A DNA stretch of 64,000 nt, taken from Phallusia mammillata (Eukaryota). The DNA lies in contig OZ281494.1 in NCBI GenBank assembly GCA_965637545.1, positions 5,580,001-5,644,000 of the forward strand, read 5' to 3'. Positions 12,034 through 23,380 of this stretch are shown here, piece after piece. The position numbers and the translations under genes are program-made. The notes below the pieces were generated by a model. That model ran no database searches and had not been told where the DNA came from. It saw nothing but the letters and a program-made list of their open reading frames with translations. Each line of letters begins with the position of its first letter. Position 1 is the stretch's first letter.

Positions 12034-14914
12034 CATATAGACTCTATATGTTCATGTTAATGTATTACTTTGATTCAACTTCTCAAATAAAATAAGAATA
12101 CAAGTCACCTGGGAAGCCTTCAGATAACGATGTTTGGAACTACTGATTATAGAAAAACAAAATACTTACTATAGAAAAACAAATGCTAACTTATGTCTAA
12201 ATCTATATTTCATAAAACAAAGATTTATTTAGGTTTGGTACAGATGCAAATGTTATTGCAAAAAAGAAAGTTGTGAAATTTGGTGCAGGGAAACCAATAA
12301 ATCATACTGGAAATTCTCTTCTGCTAATTGCTTTTATCAAAGACAATTTAAACATAATTGGAGGCAGTAATATTTTCAGTAGATGCACTCTTGCTCATGG
12401 AGACCAGTTCCAAATGGGGTAAAAGATTGTTGTCGGTTAACAGGAAAAACAATATAAAAAAGTTACTTTTAATGTTTACTAGAAAAACAGACCATCAGCA
12501 TACATTTATCATGCGACAGAATGCCATCACCATTTAAATCAAAAAAGGTCTATGGCTGTGATAAAGCTATGCTACAATACCTCATAACTTACAGTGATCA
12601 CGCTCAAGTTGACTACCAGGTTTTTGGCTGTACACTGGACCAAAAAGCAACTGGAGATTTTTTTGTTCCTGGTATGCTATTAAATGTGTTAAATCTATGA
12701 AGGTAACAAGCTCCAATGTGTTTTTGTTTGCAGATTTGACACAAAAAGCAACTAGACAAGTTTTAGGTGAGTATAAATGTCATTTAATTAGGATCGCAAT
12801 GTGTGAATAAACATCGTTATGCACACCTGTATACCATTGTGTACCCAGTTTGAAAACAGTCAGGTATGACACAGAATATTGTATTGTTTGTCATGGTGGT
12901 GCAAGCTGTTTTTTTCAATTAATATCACAATCATGAACATCTAAAAAATATTATTGTGCATTGAAAATGTCCACAACTCAGCATGCACATCTAATGTTGC
13001 TCACAGTGGTCTTTGGCATGCTCAAATATCGTGTGTATTCCAACAAACAAGAAAAATTAAATAAATTGTTATAACATTACATATTTTACGACATTTAGTG
13101 TACAATTTGTGACTTTAACTGCTCAGAATCAACTGTCCAAAACTTGGTACAAATTTCACTAGCCATACCAGAAGAACACTGGGGTGATTTCTCAGATATT
13201 ATTTTACTTGAAGATGAGATAAGGACAGAAGATATGATTTCAGAAAATGCACAAAATTCAGAAATGCGATGGTTTGCATTTGAAGTTTGGTGCGAGGAAG
13301 GTAATAAAAAAGAATGAAATGTGTAACAATAGCTGTAACCACCTAAATAGCAATAATCAAAAGAGGAACCAAATCATTTAAATGATATGCAAGATGCTGA
13401 CTGCATTGCTTTTGTTTAGAAGGAAATAATGCAGAGAAACTTCTCATACACATTGTCCACTATCAAAAAGAATTGATTAAGAGGTTAAGAAGACGGTGTC
13501 CAAATCTTTAACTACATTTGCATTTGTCATAAACATTTTAATTAGTTTTCAGATATTATATGTTACAGTTTATTAATGTCCATACCCTGAAGTAATCATG
13601 CACACTGATATGAAATTTCCAAACAGAAGTAGTGTCTTTGTCTAAAACACTTTCAATTTGTCGATAAGTTGATTGGTCTGTTGTACATTTATTGTGTAAA
13701 TAATTAGCTGTATAAATGCAAGTTTTGGGATCTATTTTGTGAATATTATTTTTGTTTTCAATATGGCATCTTTAATTGATGTTGTGTCGTGTTTTTTTTT
13801 CTGTTTCAAATTTATCTTTATTTTATGTCGCAAGTCATTTAAAGATATGCTACAGTAGAAATGCAAAGCACTTGTTTTGTCTTCTTTTTTTAACCTTTAT
13901 GTTATCTTTGCCATCTATATATTTAGATTACATTTGTGTGATTATTTGTACCTTTTTTGATAAATTGTTTCTGAAATCTTATCATTATCTTAGTTTCAAT
14001 GCTATGTAGTGCTTCAAACAAATTTGTACTAAATACTGTGCTGTTAATCAATGGAGTTGCTTTAACTAATACTTTTAAGCGAATATCAGGAGGTTTAATT
14101 TATTCTGTAATGTGATAACTCAAAATATATTTTTTCATCTGGATCGCAGTTGGAAAACAAATATTTTACTCTCCACAGCTTAATATAATGTTAGTGTTAT
14201 ATGTTAAAAAACTTTTGTTGCCTTACTTGACTGTTGGCAAACCTCAAAATGCAAACTTAGAAGTTGTGATTTACTTCAAATCCCTACAAAAACCTGCACT
14301 GACAACCAAACAGGACCTTCCGACTTTTGTTTAAATTCCGCCTGATGTGCATAAATTCAACAGCTACGGAGAAACGGCATCATGTTAAAAAATACAAAAA
14401 ATTTAAGATTGCCCACTTGTTGCTAAGAAAGTCATGCAAGCAATTGGCGCAATATAAAAGTCTTGTCACAAATCGTTGAAATTATACATTCCAAAATTAC
14501 TTTTTGCCAAAAAATGATAAGATTCAGCTGGTCAAAAAGAAACAACATAGTAACAAAATTTCTCTATCCCAACAAAAGTAAAGCTTGGAAATTGTCAGAC
14601 TTTGATATTTTGTTTGTTACTTTAATGCATTTAAAAACTATTTGCTATTTATGGTACATTTTGTCTTAAAATAATACTCTCTCCTTCTAATCAATACCTG
14701 TAAAACTTTGACAATCAGTAGGTTACAGCCTCACCGGGGATAATCTCAATATCAGAGTCAATAATAGAGAGATGTGGGTGCTCAATAATAGAGGGAATAC
14801 CTCTAGCCTTCTACAAAACCTGCTTTGCGTTTTTAGTGGGTTTTGTTTTTAGCGCCAAAAATGGGTTCAGACTCTATCCGCTAATTGGCGCTGCGGAGTA
14901 AGGAAATTAAACAA

Positions 14915-15085
14915 ATTTGTTGTTCAACTGGTGTAATGCTAAACCGAATACTAGTTTTTTTTTCAAGAATTTATATTTGTGCTGACGTTTCGCCCACGAG
15001 GACTGTAGGGCTTCTTCAGAGCAATGTATGGTATATTGCGGGCACACAGGCGAAAATGCACAAGTGCAGCGGTATATGACGAAAA
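14915..15085 (-). mobile_element. Penelope-like (PLE) terminal-repeat fragment, diverged relative of the 53-60 kb copies
   Basis: Reverse complement aligns by eye with 59480-59660 (TAATTATTTTTC...CATTGCTCTGAAGAAG...CGAAACGTCAGC...ACTAGTATT...ACACCAGTTGAAC) and carries a hammerhead core. Confidence 0.65.
14979..15024 (-). ncRNA. Minimal type I hammerhead ribozyme motif
   Basis: UUGCU-CUGAAGA-A-GCCC[UACAGUCCUCGU]GGGC-GAAAC-GUC-AGCAC: stem I, CUGANGA core, stem II, GAAA and a palindromic 2-bp stem III with GUC cleavage triplet. Confidence 0.75.
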
Positions 15086-15845
15086 ATAATTACACAGACA
15101 ATATTTTATAATGTTAAAAATCAATTTAAAACCCGATAACAACTTTGACATTATGTTTCGTTACTATTAAAATCATGAGCATTTGCCGGAACGTTTGAAC
15201 AATACAGCATGTCGCTTTTCTATTCATGTCGTGTCCTTAATTCCAGTTCTGCATATCACCTTTGAGTTGAGGATGACAGCAAGAGGGGTGACTTTTCTAA
15301 GTGGCATTTATATAAATTTATTTGGAGTCAGTATTACATTGAATTAGGTAAAAGATGACATAAACAAGTAAATAAAGGGCACACTCACAAGTCCACATAT
15401 GCAATGTAAAAAATAAAAATCTACATATATCATATAACTTAGAACGAAAAACATGACAAAATGCTCCCTGTTTCTGCTAACCATAGAACGCCATGCCAAT
15501 TACAGGCGCTATACCGAATCCTACGCCTTACCATATGGTGGTTTGGTGACCGCATAGACGAAGTGATTGTGTTTTAGGCACTTCTGTGATATACACGCTA
15601 TATTTCTGGTAGGCTATATCATGTGTGATTTAACAACAGCCCTGGTATAAAGTTTGCCTTGGGCACACTCAGTACTTGCAAAAACAACATTGCACAGCAT
15701 TTAAACGAAGAGGAATTTGCAGGATGATGCCCATTGTATAGGTGATTTTCGATTAATTTCGGCTAAAGACATCATGACTATTTTGTGCACATTGATGACA
15801 GCACATTTAACATGCAGCTTATACCTGTAACATACGGAAGAACCA

Positions 15846-15960
15846 CAGATCGTGGAAAATATCGGGATCTAGATGTTTGTAACATATTATCTAAATAACG
15901 TATGTGTCTTACAAAGGTGAAAACATAAATTGGAAATAAAATCGTGGAAAACGACAGGAT
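15846..15960 (+). promoter_or_regulatory. Conserved upstream block with paired ATCGTGGAAAA motifs (putative regulatory)
   Basis: Equivalent blocks at ~24378-24492, ~37720-37835 and, inverted, ~54810-55035, i.e. 0.45-0.85 kb upstream of each complete GPCR ATG. Confidence 0.35.
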
Positions 15961-16694
15961 TTGAGTATTCCTCTGTTGCAACAACATGTTGTTGTTGTGC
16001 AATGTGGTCTCATAAGAGGTAAACTGTTTTTTTTTTGGTTGCTTTGACTTTTTAATTGGATGGTATGTTAGGCAGATACGTTCAATGGGTGTGGTCAGAT
16101 TGCTACCACGATTCTTTAAGGCTGTGGCGCGTTAAGAAGTAATAAGAAACCCTAGCCCAAGATATGTCTGTACAGCAACCAGAAAGCAGTTTTCTTGCCA
16201 ATGTGTAAAATCGACAGCATAGAAGCGATAAACCTAAGACAACGTTTTCGCGAAAATTGTCCAAAACAATATTCCGTTTATAACTGGGAACTAATTGCAA
16301 TATGCTGGGACTTATATAATAGAGTGTGGTTATGCGTAAACAAGTATGCAATTCAAGTCATAATCCAGATTAGTTTTAAGAAGTTAAACATGAAACATAA
16401 TTAAGTGGTTTGTAGCCTATACAGCAGTGAAGGTTAAATTAAATGCATGTGTTTTCTTGCAGTTTGCTGGACAAGTTGTTAAATGGTTAACACCGAAATG
16501 TGTTCTTTACCAGTTAAGTCTTACTTAAAATGATTTTAATTGTTTTTACTTGTGTTAGTCTTTTTACTAGTGCTAGTCAGAAAAACTGTGCGGGTAAATG
16601 TAAATTACTCCTTGACACTAACACGATGCTTCGTTTTTCGTCAATTACCTTTATTGGATTGTTCGTTTAACATTCAGGTTTTGATGGTATTGAT

Positions 16695-19600
16695 ATGTTG
16701 TTTATAAACATTATCTTGCTTTCGGTTGTAAGATCGGTTTGGTCGCAAGTTCCTGTTTCAGGTAAGGAAATGCGGTGTGATACCATTTCATGAAATAAGC
16801 TCAACTAAACTAAACTCAATACAAGAGTGTGTTAAATCCACTTTTTATACAGCACCGGTTATTAACTGGGGGTGAATTTACCATCGCAATGTATGTTTTC
16901 TTTTAAGAGAATATTGTGCAAATAAATCTTGGTAATATTGTTAAAAAAATATTTTTACAGTGATTTCAATTTCTTAAAAGTTCCAGCTTTGTGCGTAAAG
17001 GCTATCGTACACCTAAAATAAATTTTAATTCTTGATATTTTTTTCGTGTGTAATACCACATCTTTTTCCGTGTAAATACATCACATGAACTTTAAGTTTA
17101 TGACTGTATTGGCCGAGATTCATTTTTAAATTCGATATGCCATCATACAACAAAGCTCGTAAGCAGTGCTACCAAAACACGGTTAATTTAAATCGGTGCT
17201 GCTATATTTATTGCATTTATGTCGTCTCATAATTTACGATTGAAAATTTTATTTTGCTAAAAGATGTTTCTTTCGACTTAGGTCGATTCTGTCCAAGATA
17301 CGCTTGCGACGATTTCGTTGATTGCTTTCTCGAAGGAGAAACGCAGCTTTCAGCGAATGCTACAGGAACAATCTTGCAAATGTGGAGAAAATTCCGACAA
17401 GAATCTTGTCCACAGGTATGGGATTTTGCCGCAAAAGACAAGGGTGAAGACCTTCGCAAGGGAGAAGTCTTCTACTGCCAATACCTTCTGCAAACGGCCG
17501 AGGTTCAGTTGGAGTTTCTCAAAGCAGGTAACATGGTTTACGCCTAAGCAGTAAGTTGCTTTGCAAAGCTGTATAAGCACTGTACAGACTAATAAGCGTC
17601 ACTTTCTTGATCCTTGCCTAAATGATTACAAGTGTTGTTGTTGTTTTACTTTTGAATAAACTATTCGTTTTTGTCAAAAATAACTGCTTATGAGTTGATA
17701 TTTAACCACATATTCTCGCGATCGTTTTTGTAGAATTTTCATGTATAAGCGTATAACAGACAGCAGTATTAATTTGGCATGTTTTGCTAAAAATCCGTTC
17801 CATCCCGAAGCTACCTGACAACATAGCCATCACAATCCCAAAAAGCCATCAGGTGTTTCATCGAGCCGAAACAGAAGCGATGAGTCCACGAATTGTTTTA
17901 CTTACAAGCTTCTTTTGATGGTTTACAGGCGTTCCAGTCTTTCCTGATTTCCTCATAATGATAAAAAACAACGTTCCGAACTTTGCTGAAGCATCATCGC
18001 GTACTACACAGGGCTGTTACGCTTTACCAGACCCTTCAGTCCTTCTTAGCCCGGCCGCTATTGTCAATCAGAAACAGAATGACATTGTTTCCTGCTTGGG
18101 AAGAAATACATCGAGTCCGTTTTTGGTCTTAAGTAAGTAAACGCTGATGTAGTTTTAACATTTTTGCGTATGCAACTGATTTTGTTACTACCAAAACCTT
18201 TTTAAACCCTAATTAATTTTAGACGTAACTTTAATGCTTGTTTGTGTCTTTTCAATTGAGACAACCCTATTGATTTTCAGACGTGACAGCGAAAAACAAA
18301 ACACACCCGGGTGACAAAAACTCGTACGTTGATGGCTATACCAACAAACCTCCCACTTACACAAACTGGATTACCGGTCCTCTTAACAACACCAAGGACC
18401 ACGCCTGTGCGGCAGTGCGGGTTCTGGACGGACTCTGGACCAACAGAGATTGTTCAAACATAGATGTGGCTTGTAATTACTCGGGTTCGTAAAATAAGAG
18501 ATTAATTAAAACAAAATTAAAACAATATGAAGCAACAAATTAAATCAGATTTTCCTAAACCTAAAACATTAGAAGCTTCAGATTAAAACGTAACAACAAC
18601 ACAAAAGATATGACAACTGTGTTTTATTGTACAGCGGCTGTAACATAATGTCGCTTTTCCGAAACTGTCCGACAATGAGCAATCCCCATAATCTTATTAG
18701 TCGTTTGTGCATACCTGTCAGCTTGAGTTTTCTGTAGGTATTTAAACAAATATTAATGATTCTTTTTCATCATTAGCTTTAGCCACTGGCATGTACTTGA
18801 TTTACCACAGGAATACACCTATACCAAAACTAGGCATGTTAAAACACGTGTTCCGCATGAATCAACAATATACATGTCGCATTACAAGTTCAACACGTTT
18901 CAGTCAAAATAACCATAAACATGTGCAGTGTTACAATGATGTTATGTATGTTTGTTTCATTTCAATGTATTTTGCAGTGTTGCTCTCTCCGGTGGTTGCG
19001 TTGATGCAAGACGCAGTGCTTGGTACATCGGGAGATCCAAATATTCTCATCGGAATCGAACAACAGCTCCGCATAGTGGCAATAAACAATCCCGACTTCG
19101 TGAATCCAGGAGAGATTCTTACCCTCGGATCCGTGCAGCTTTCCATTAACACCACGATTGTCGACAGCAAAGATAAAGATAAAGTATTGGAGGCGAGCTT
19201 AAATCTCACTAGCGCCTTCGTCACTTACCGATTGTCCTTGAAACCGATCAGAAAAAAAGAAGACGAAAAGGTGGATACCCCAGTCATGTCTTTTCCCCGC
19301 AACGTCACTGATTCAATCAAAAGCGATGCCGCAAGTGGGGACGGAGAAAGGCTCGTCTCGCCAGGAACCGTCTCCTTCATAACGGTCTCAGGCTACTACG
19401 GTAAAAACGGGACTTTACCGGGGTTCGTTGACATCCGAACGAAGCGCCCAGAATCGGCTGGGGCTTGCGAAGATCTCATCTTTGCCACAATGAGAACCGA
19501 AGGCAAAAGCTCACTCAAGCTTCGTCCCGTTTGCGCCTTTATCAACCAAACCACCAAGCTGTACAGCACTTCCGGCTGCGTGACGTCATACGACATCGTG

Positions 19601-21628
19601 ACCACCGACGTCAATTGTACGTGCAACCACCTGACCATGTTTGCTGTTCTTTTGGCGGTGAGGAATGTGGTTGTCCCAACCGGAGTATCTGTGAGTGTGA
19701 TTTCTATAAAATAATTTATGATCTCTGTAGCTTAGCAGTTTTGGTGAAAAAGCATTTGTCACCTCCTGAGTTTTGCAGTTTTTAAACAACATAAACATCA
19801 GGGTTGAAACAACATCTCTTAATGCAATTTGTCGCTACAGATGGTGTCTTACACCACTGAATCGTCATCCATAGCTTTCCTTGGCATCACTATTGCTATT
19901 CTACTCTGGTTCAAGGACAGTGTAAAGGGCGATCGTACTCCTGTTCAGATCAACCTGGCTGTAGCACTCCTAATTTTCCATTCCGTCAACTTGTCACATG
20001 ACCTCGCCATCCTGCATGATGAGTTCTGTGTGGCGCACTGTGCAATTAACCACTACTTCTTGCTTGCAACAGGTTGGTATTGAGTTACAATTTATTAAGT
20101 GTTGTTACATATCAGTTGCATTTTGACACGGATCATCAACGTAAAAGATTCATGTTTGGTTGCGGAAATTCAGTCGGCTTCAGCATTTATTTTCAATCAG
20201 TTTCAATTATTTACTTGCCTGCGAATATTTCTTCTACACACAACTACATTTTAATTAAACTCGTTTAAATCATGCATTTGTTTACCATGCATACAGTATG
20301 AAGTTGAAAAAAGCTTTTTTTATGAATTTGTAAGAAAATTTAATCACAAATTGACACACAAATTCCAAGAAGTACAAAACACCTAAAATTTTCTGTAATA
20401 AGTCACAACCCTGCGTATTTGTGCACGATTAATGGATTCTATCTACTTAAGGATGTTGGCTGTGTGTCGAGGGAGTTCGCATCTTCATGGCAACCTCTGA
20501 TCCAGTAGGTTTCAAGGTGCAGAACGAACAGAAGAGATACAGAGTCTTCCTCGTTGTAGGATGGGCAATCCCTCTCGTCATTGTGGGGTCATCACTCGCT
20601 GTGGGGATTCCCCTGGGACTACACATGGAGCCTCAACCCTTTTTCACCCAGTGTCAGCAATATCGCAATGAAACCGTTCTCATCCCCAAGTATGAGAGAT
20701 GCTGGTTGGCTCCTGGTACTCCGATCTTCTACTCCACGGTCGTCGCTCCTCTTGCTGTCATCCTTCTCATTAATCTCATCATCGTGGTGAAGACATCAGT
20801 GGTGATGCTCAACTCGAAGAGGATGCAGAATAGGAATCAGGGACACAGTATGAAGGACATCTCGAGAGCTGGAAAGTCCCTCTTCTTTCTCTTCGTGATG
20901 TTGGGAGGAACTTGGGCAATCGCTTTCTTCACAGGTAAGACTATGTGCAGTATATGTTCATGTTTTTCAGTACATTAGGAATCGAGTTAATATTAGGCAT
21001 GGATATTTAAGTGCCGCTAAACTTTTGTACGGAATCGATTAGCTTTGCACAATGGTGCTCTAGCGCTTCCTGGTTGCCACAATTTTTTTCTGTGATAAAC
21101 CTTTCACCTATTTAGGAATTATATATAGGTCTGTATTAACTGTAATGAACAAAAGATGGAACAGCTAGTGCTTTTAAGGGTAAACCTATTGCACTGGACT
21201 GACTGTTTGTAATTTCACAAAAAAAAACACCAGCCAACGCTGCGAACAAATACAATAAAAAATTATTCACTTAAACTGTTTTCGTAGGAATTGGGAATGA
21301 AGTCACCTCCCAGGTCTTCCTGTACATCAATGCGATTGTGAACGGGGCTCAAGGCGTCATCGTCTTCCTGCTGTATTGCGTCATAAATGACACCATACGC
21401 GAGAAGCTCCTTCTGTTGTTGAACATAAAGAAAAAGAAGAAAAATACCTCGAAGGGAAAAATCACCGAGTCCAAACCAATCAAGAGCGTCCCACGACCGA
21501 AAAAGACGAGTGCGGCCAAGGCCAAAGCGAAGGTGCAGGCCAATGTGAAAGCTGCCAACCGCAAAACCTGTTTGATCAGGGAAAACCCATCTACCGGAAT
21601 AATTCCATTAACAACTGTCGAGCAGTAA
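16695..21628 (+). CDS. Adhesion GPCR copy 1 (signal peptide, Cys-rich module, C-type lectin-like domain, GAIN/GPS, 7TM), intact, ~829 aa
   Basis: Exons 16695-16761, 17282-17527, 17929-18132, 18281-18484, 18978-19690, 19841-20072, 20452-20934, 21288-21628; all GT-AG, phases consistent, total 2490 nt. Signal MLFINIILLSVVRSVWSQ; CTLD YTNWITGPLNN...CAAV..DGLWTNRDC; GPS SGC...CTCNHLTMFAVLL; family-B TM motifs HYFLLATGCWLCVEG, LVVGWAIP, CWL, NGAQGVIVFLLYC. Confidence 0.92.
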
Positions 21629-21821
21629 CGTCAGTAACATTCGTGCAAAACTGGACAAAACACACAACACATACAGAATAAAACAAACACTTGTTTGAAA
21701 TTTAAACACCTTATTTTTTAGACATTCGAATTTGAAAATAATGTTTCAAGTAGAGTCGTTACCGTTTTTCTGCATCTCATCACGTTTTATTTTACTTTTT
21801 GCACGCAAGATGAACATAAAT

Positions 21822-21926
21822 ACTAATACTAAAACAGCCGGTCAAAATTTCTTGAAGGGGGGGGGGGGGGGGGGGGCATGTCACCTTGTTCCCCCCCCCC
21901 CCCCAAATCCTCGTCAATTTCTAATG
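21822..21926 (-). mobile_element. Solo terminal fragment of the hAT element whose end lies at 4041-4130
   Basis: Reverse complement CATTAG...G-run...ACATGCCCC...TCAAGAAATTTTGACCGGCTGTTTTAGTATT matches 4041-4130; sits where the copy-1 flank lacks several hundred bp present behind copy 3. Confidence 0.7.
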
Positions 21927-22359
21927 TAGCTTGTTTCTTTGAGTATTTTCTTCACCTGAAATACTGTCTTTTTACAATTTTTTTGAATAACTTTATAAAT
22001 GACAATAATGAAACATATTGATATGTAATTTAATTATACAGTAGCACCTAAATATATAAAAAGTTGTACAGCAAATACCAATTTAATTCACTTTTTAGTT
22101 CAACATGCTTTCTTTTTCCAAGCAGATAAGTTTTTGTTGTTGTTTTGCAGCTCTTTATTTGACACATAAAACTTTTTACTTTGTTTCCAAATTTAGCTAC
22201 GTAGTTGCATGTATAAATAATTGTAACATTAACTTTACTTCACAGCGAAAACTAGCCGAAAAGTAATAATCAGCTTTAAACAAACCTGCTAAAAACGTGT
22301 TTCTTCGCAGCGTTTAGTCTTTTAATTAACACCGCCCCTGTTTTCTTCTGTAACCTACT

Positions 22360-22700
22360 TTTGTCAATACAAAATTTGTACAGCTATTTGAAAGCAAAGA
22401 GACAAAACAGCAAAGGTATTGTTCAATAATTCGGATGTTCGACCGGTTTGCGTTGCAACTTTAGGATAAAGGTTATACTATGGAAATTTGTAATATTTGC
22501 TGTAACCACCCAACCAGTATTACAGGAAATGAGGAAAAAATCGGTCAAGCGAAATATGATGCACATGCATTTTCGTAGCAGGCAATAGCATTTTATATAT
22601 TTACTTTTTGGAACGAAATGATGCAGAGAGGCTTATACTGAGAAAGATTGTCCACCATCAAAACGAAGTAATCGAACGTTCAAGGGGAAAATGTCATAAT
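22360..22700 (+). pseudogene. Decayed copy of the two death-domain exons (13127-13511) behind GPCR copy 1
   Basis: AATTCGGATGTTCGACCGGTTTGCGTTGCAACTT aligns with 13254-13290; NDAERLILRKIVHHQNEVIER aligns with NNAEKLLIHIVHYQKELIKR; frameshifts and stops present. Confidence 0.6.
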
Positions 22701-23012
22701 CATTACCAAAACAATGTTGTTTTCATGCTGTTATTGCTGTCTATACCTCGAAGTAATTATGCACACTGAAACTAAACTTCCCCAAAAAGTAGTGTCATCA
22801 GCACAAATACTTTGCTTTTAGACCGATTTGATCTATTGTAAGCATGAATACACTTTTATTTTTATTTTTTTGCTAATTATTTTTATCAATTTAACTTTTA
22901 TTCGAAATGTTGTGTATGTTGTTTTTCGGGTTTAATTTATCATTAGCAGAAATATTATGTTATTGTTCTAAGTTAAATACTATTTTTTATGTGGATTTTT
23001 ATTGTCGTAGAC

Positions 23013-23380
23013 CAGTGGTTCTCAACCGGGGCCCTCGGACCCAGGGGTGGCACGAGCTGTAATCCGGGGGTCCACGGGTGTAGCCTCACCAGAAACAGCC
23101 ACTAAAAATCACTGAGTCTTTTTCTTTTTCAATGGGCAGAATTGAGTGTGTGTTGCAAATATCTTTATTCCCTACCACTCTTTATCGATATTGAGGTTTG
23201 TCAAGATTACAGTTGGTTGTTTAATCCATTCGACTTGAAATTAATACCAAATTTCAACACGAGTTTACCATTTAATATTTTTGCCGGAGGACCACAAATC
23301 TTAAAATATTATTTGAAATGGGGCGAGGCCCAAAATATACTTTTAGGGGGCCACAGTCCATTAAAGGTTGAGAGCCACTG
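23013..23380. mobile_element. hAT (Charlie-type) MITE
   Basis: TIR CAGTGGTTCTCAACC / GGTTGAGAGCCACTG; 8-bp TSD TCGTAGAC/GTGTAGAC; orthologous copy at 45497-45864. Confidence 0.85.

Larger units (their letters stand above)
8643..13511 (+). pseudogene. ZU5-ZU5-(UPA)-death-domain gene (PIDD/DTHD1/ankyrin C-terminus-like), apparently decayed
   Basis: AG/GT-bounded open exons: from 8643 (EEKMGDKEAKLIVGGCIVYILPRAL, then frameshift near 8745), 9187-9297 (VTPLPKCEPTGQTINKPVTIRLQTC), 11199-11296 (KDGKTWQ...TFERHHFS), 11802-11899 (NEGSVWKEL...FQTFHFTW), 12233-12418, 12482-12671, 12734-12766, 13127-13300 and 13420-13511 (ISLAIPEEHWGDF...FEVWCEE|EGNNAEKLLIHIV..., death-fold-like, stop 13509-13511). In-frame TAG at 11351-11353 and phase conflicts indicate decay. 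UPA assignment is positional only. Confidence 0.6.

Noticed and set aside
12233-12418. FHA/TIFA-like reading of VVKFG...LAHGDQFQMG
   Set aside because: Spacing is too short for FHA and the GR/SR/NG signature residues are absent; position between ZU5 and death domain favours a UPA-like region.
12792-12960. Cys/His-rich stretch (YHC...YCIVCHGG) suggesting a ZZ or PHD finger
   Set aside because: Interrupted by stops and frameshifts with no consistent splice phase; cannot be supported by eye.
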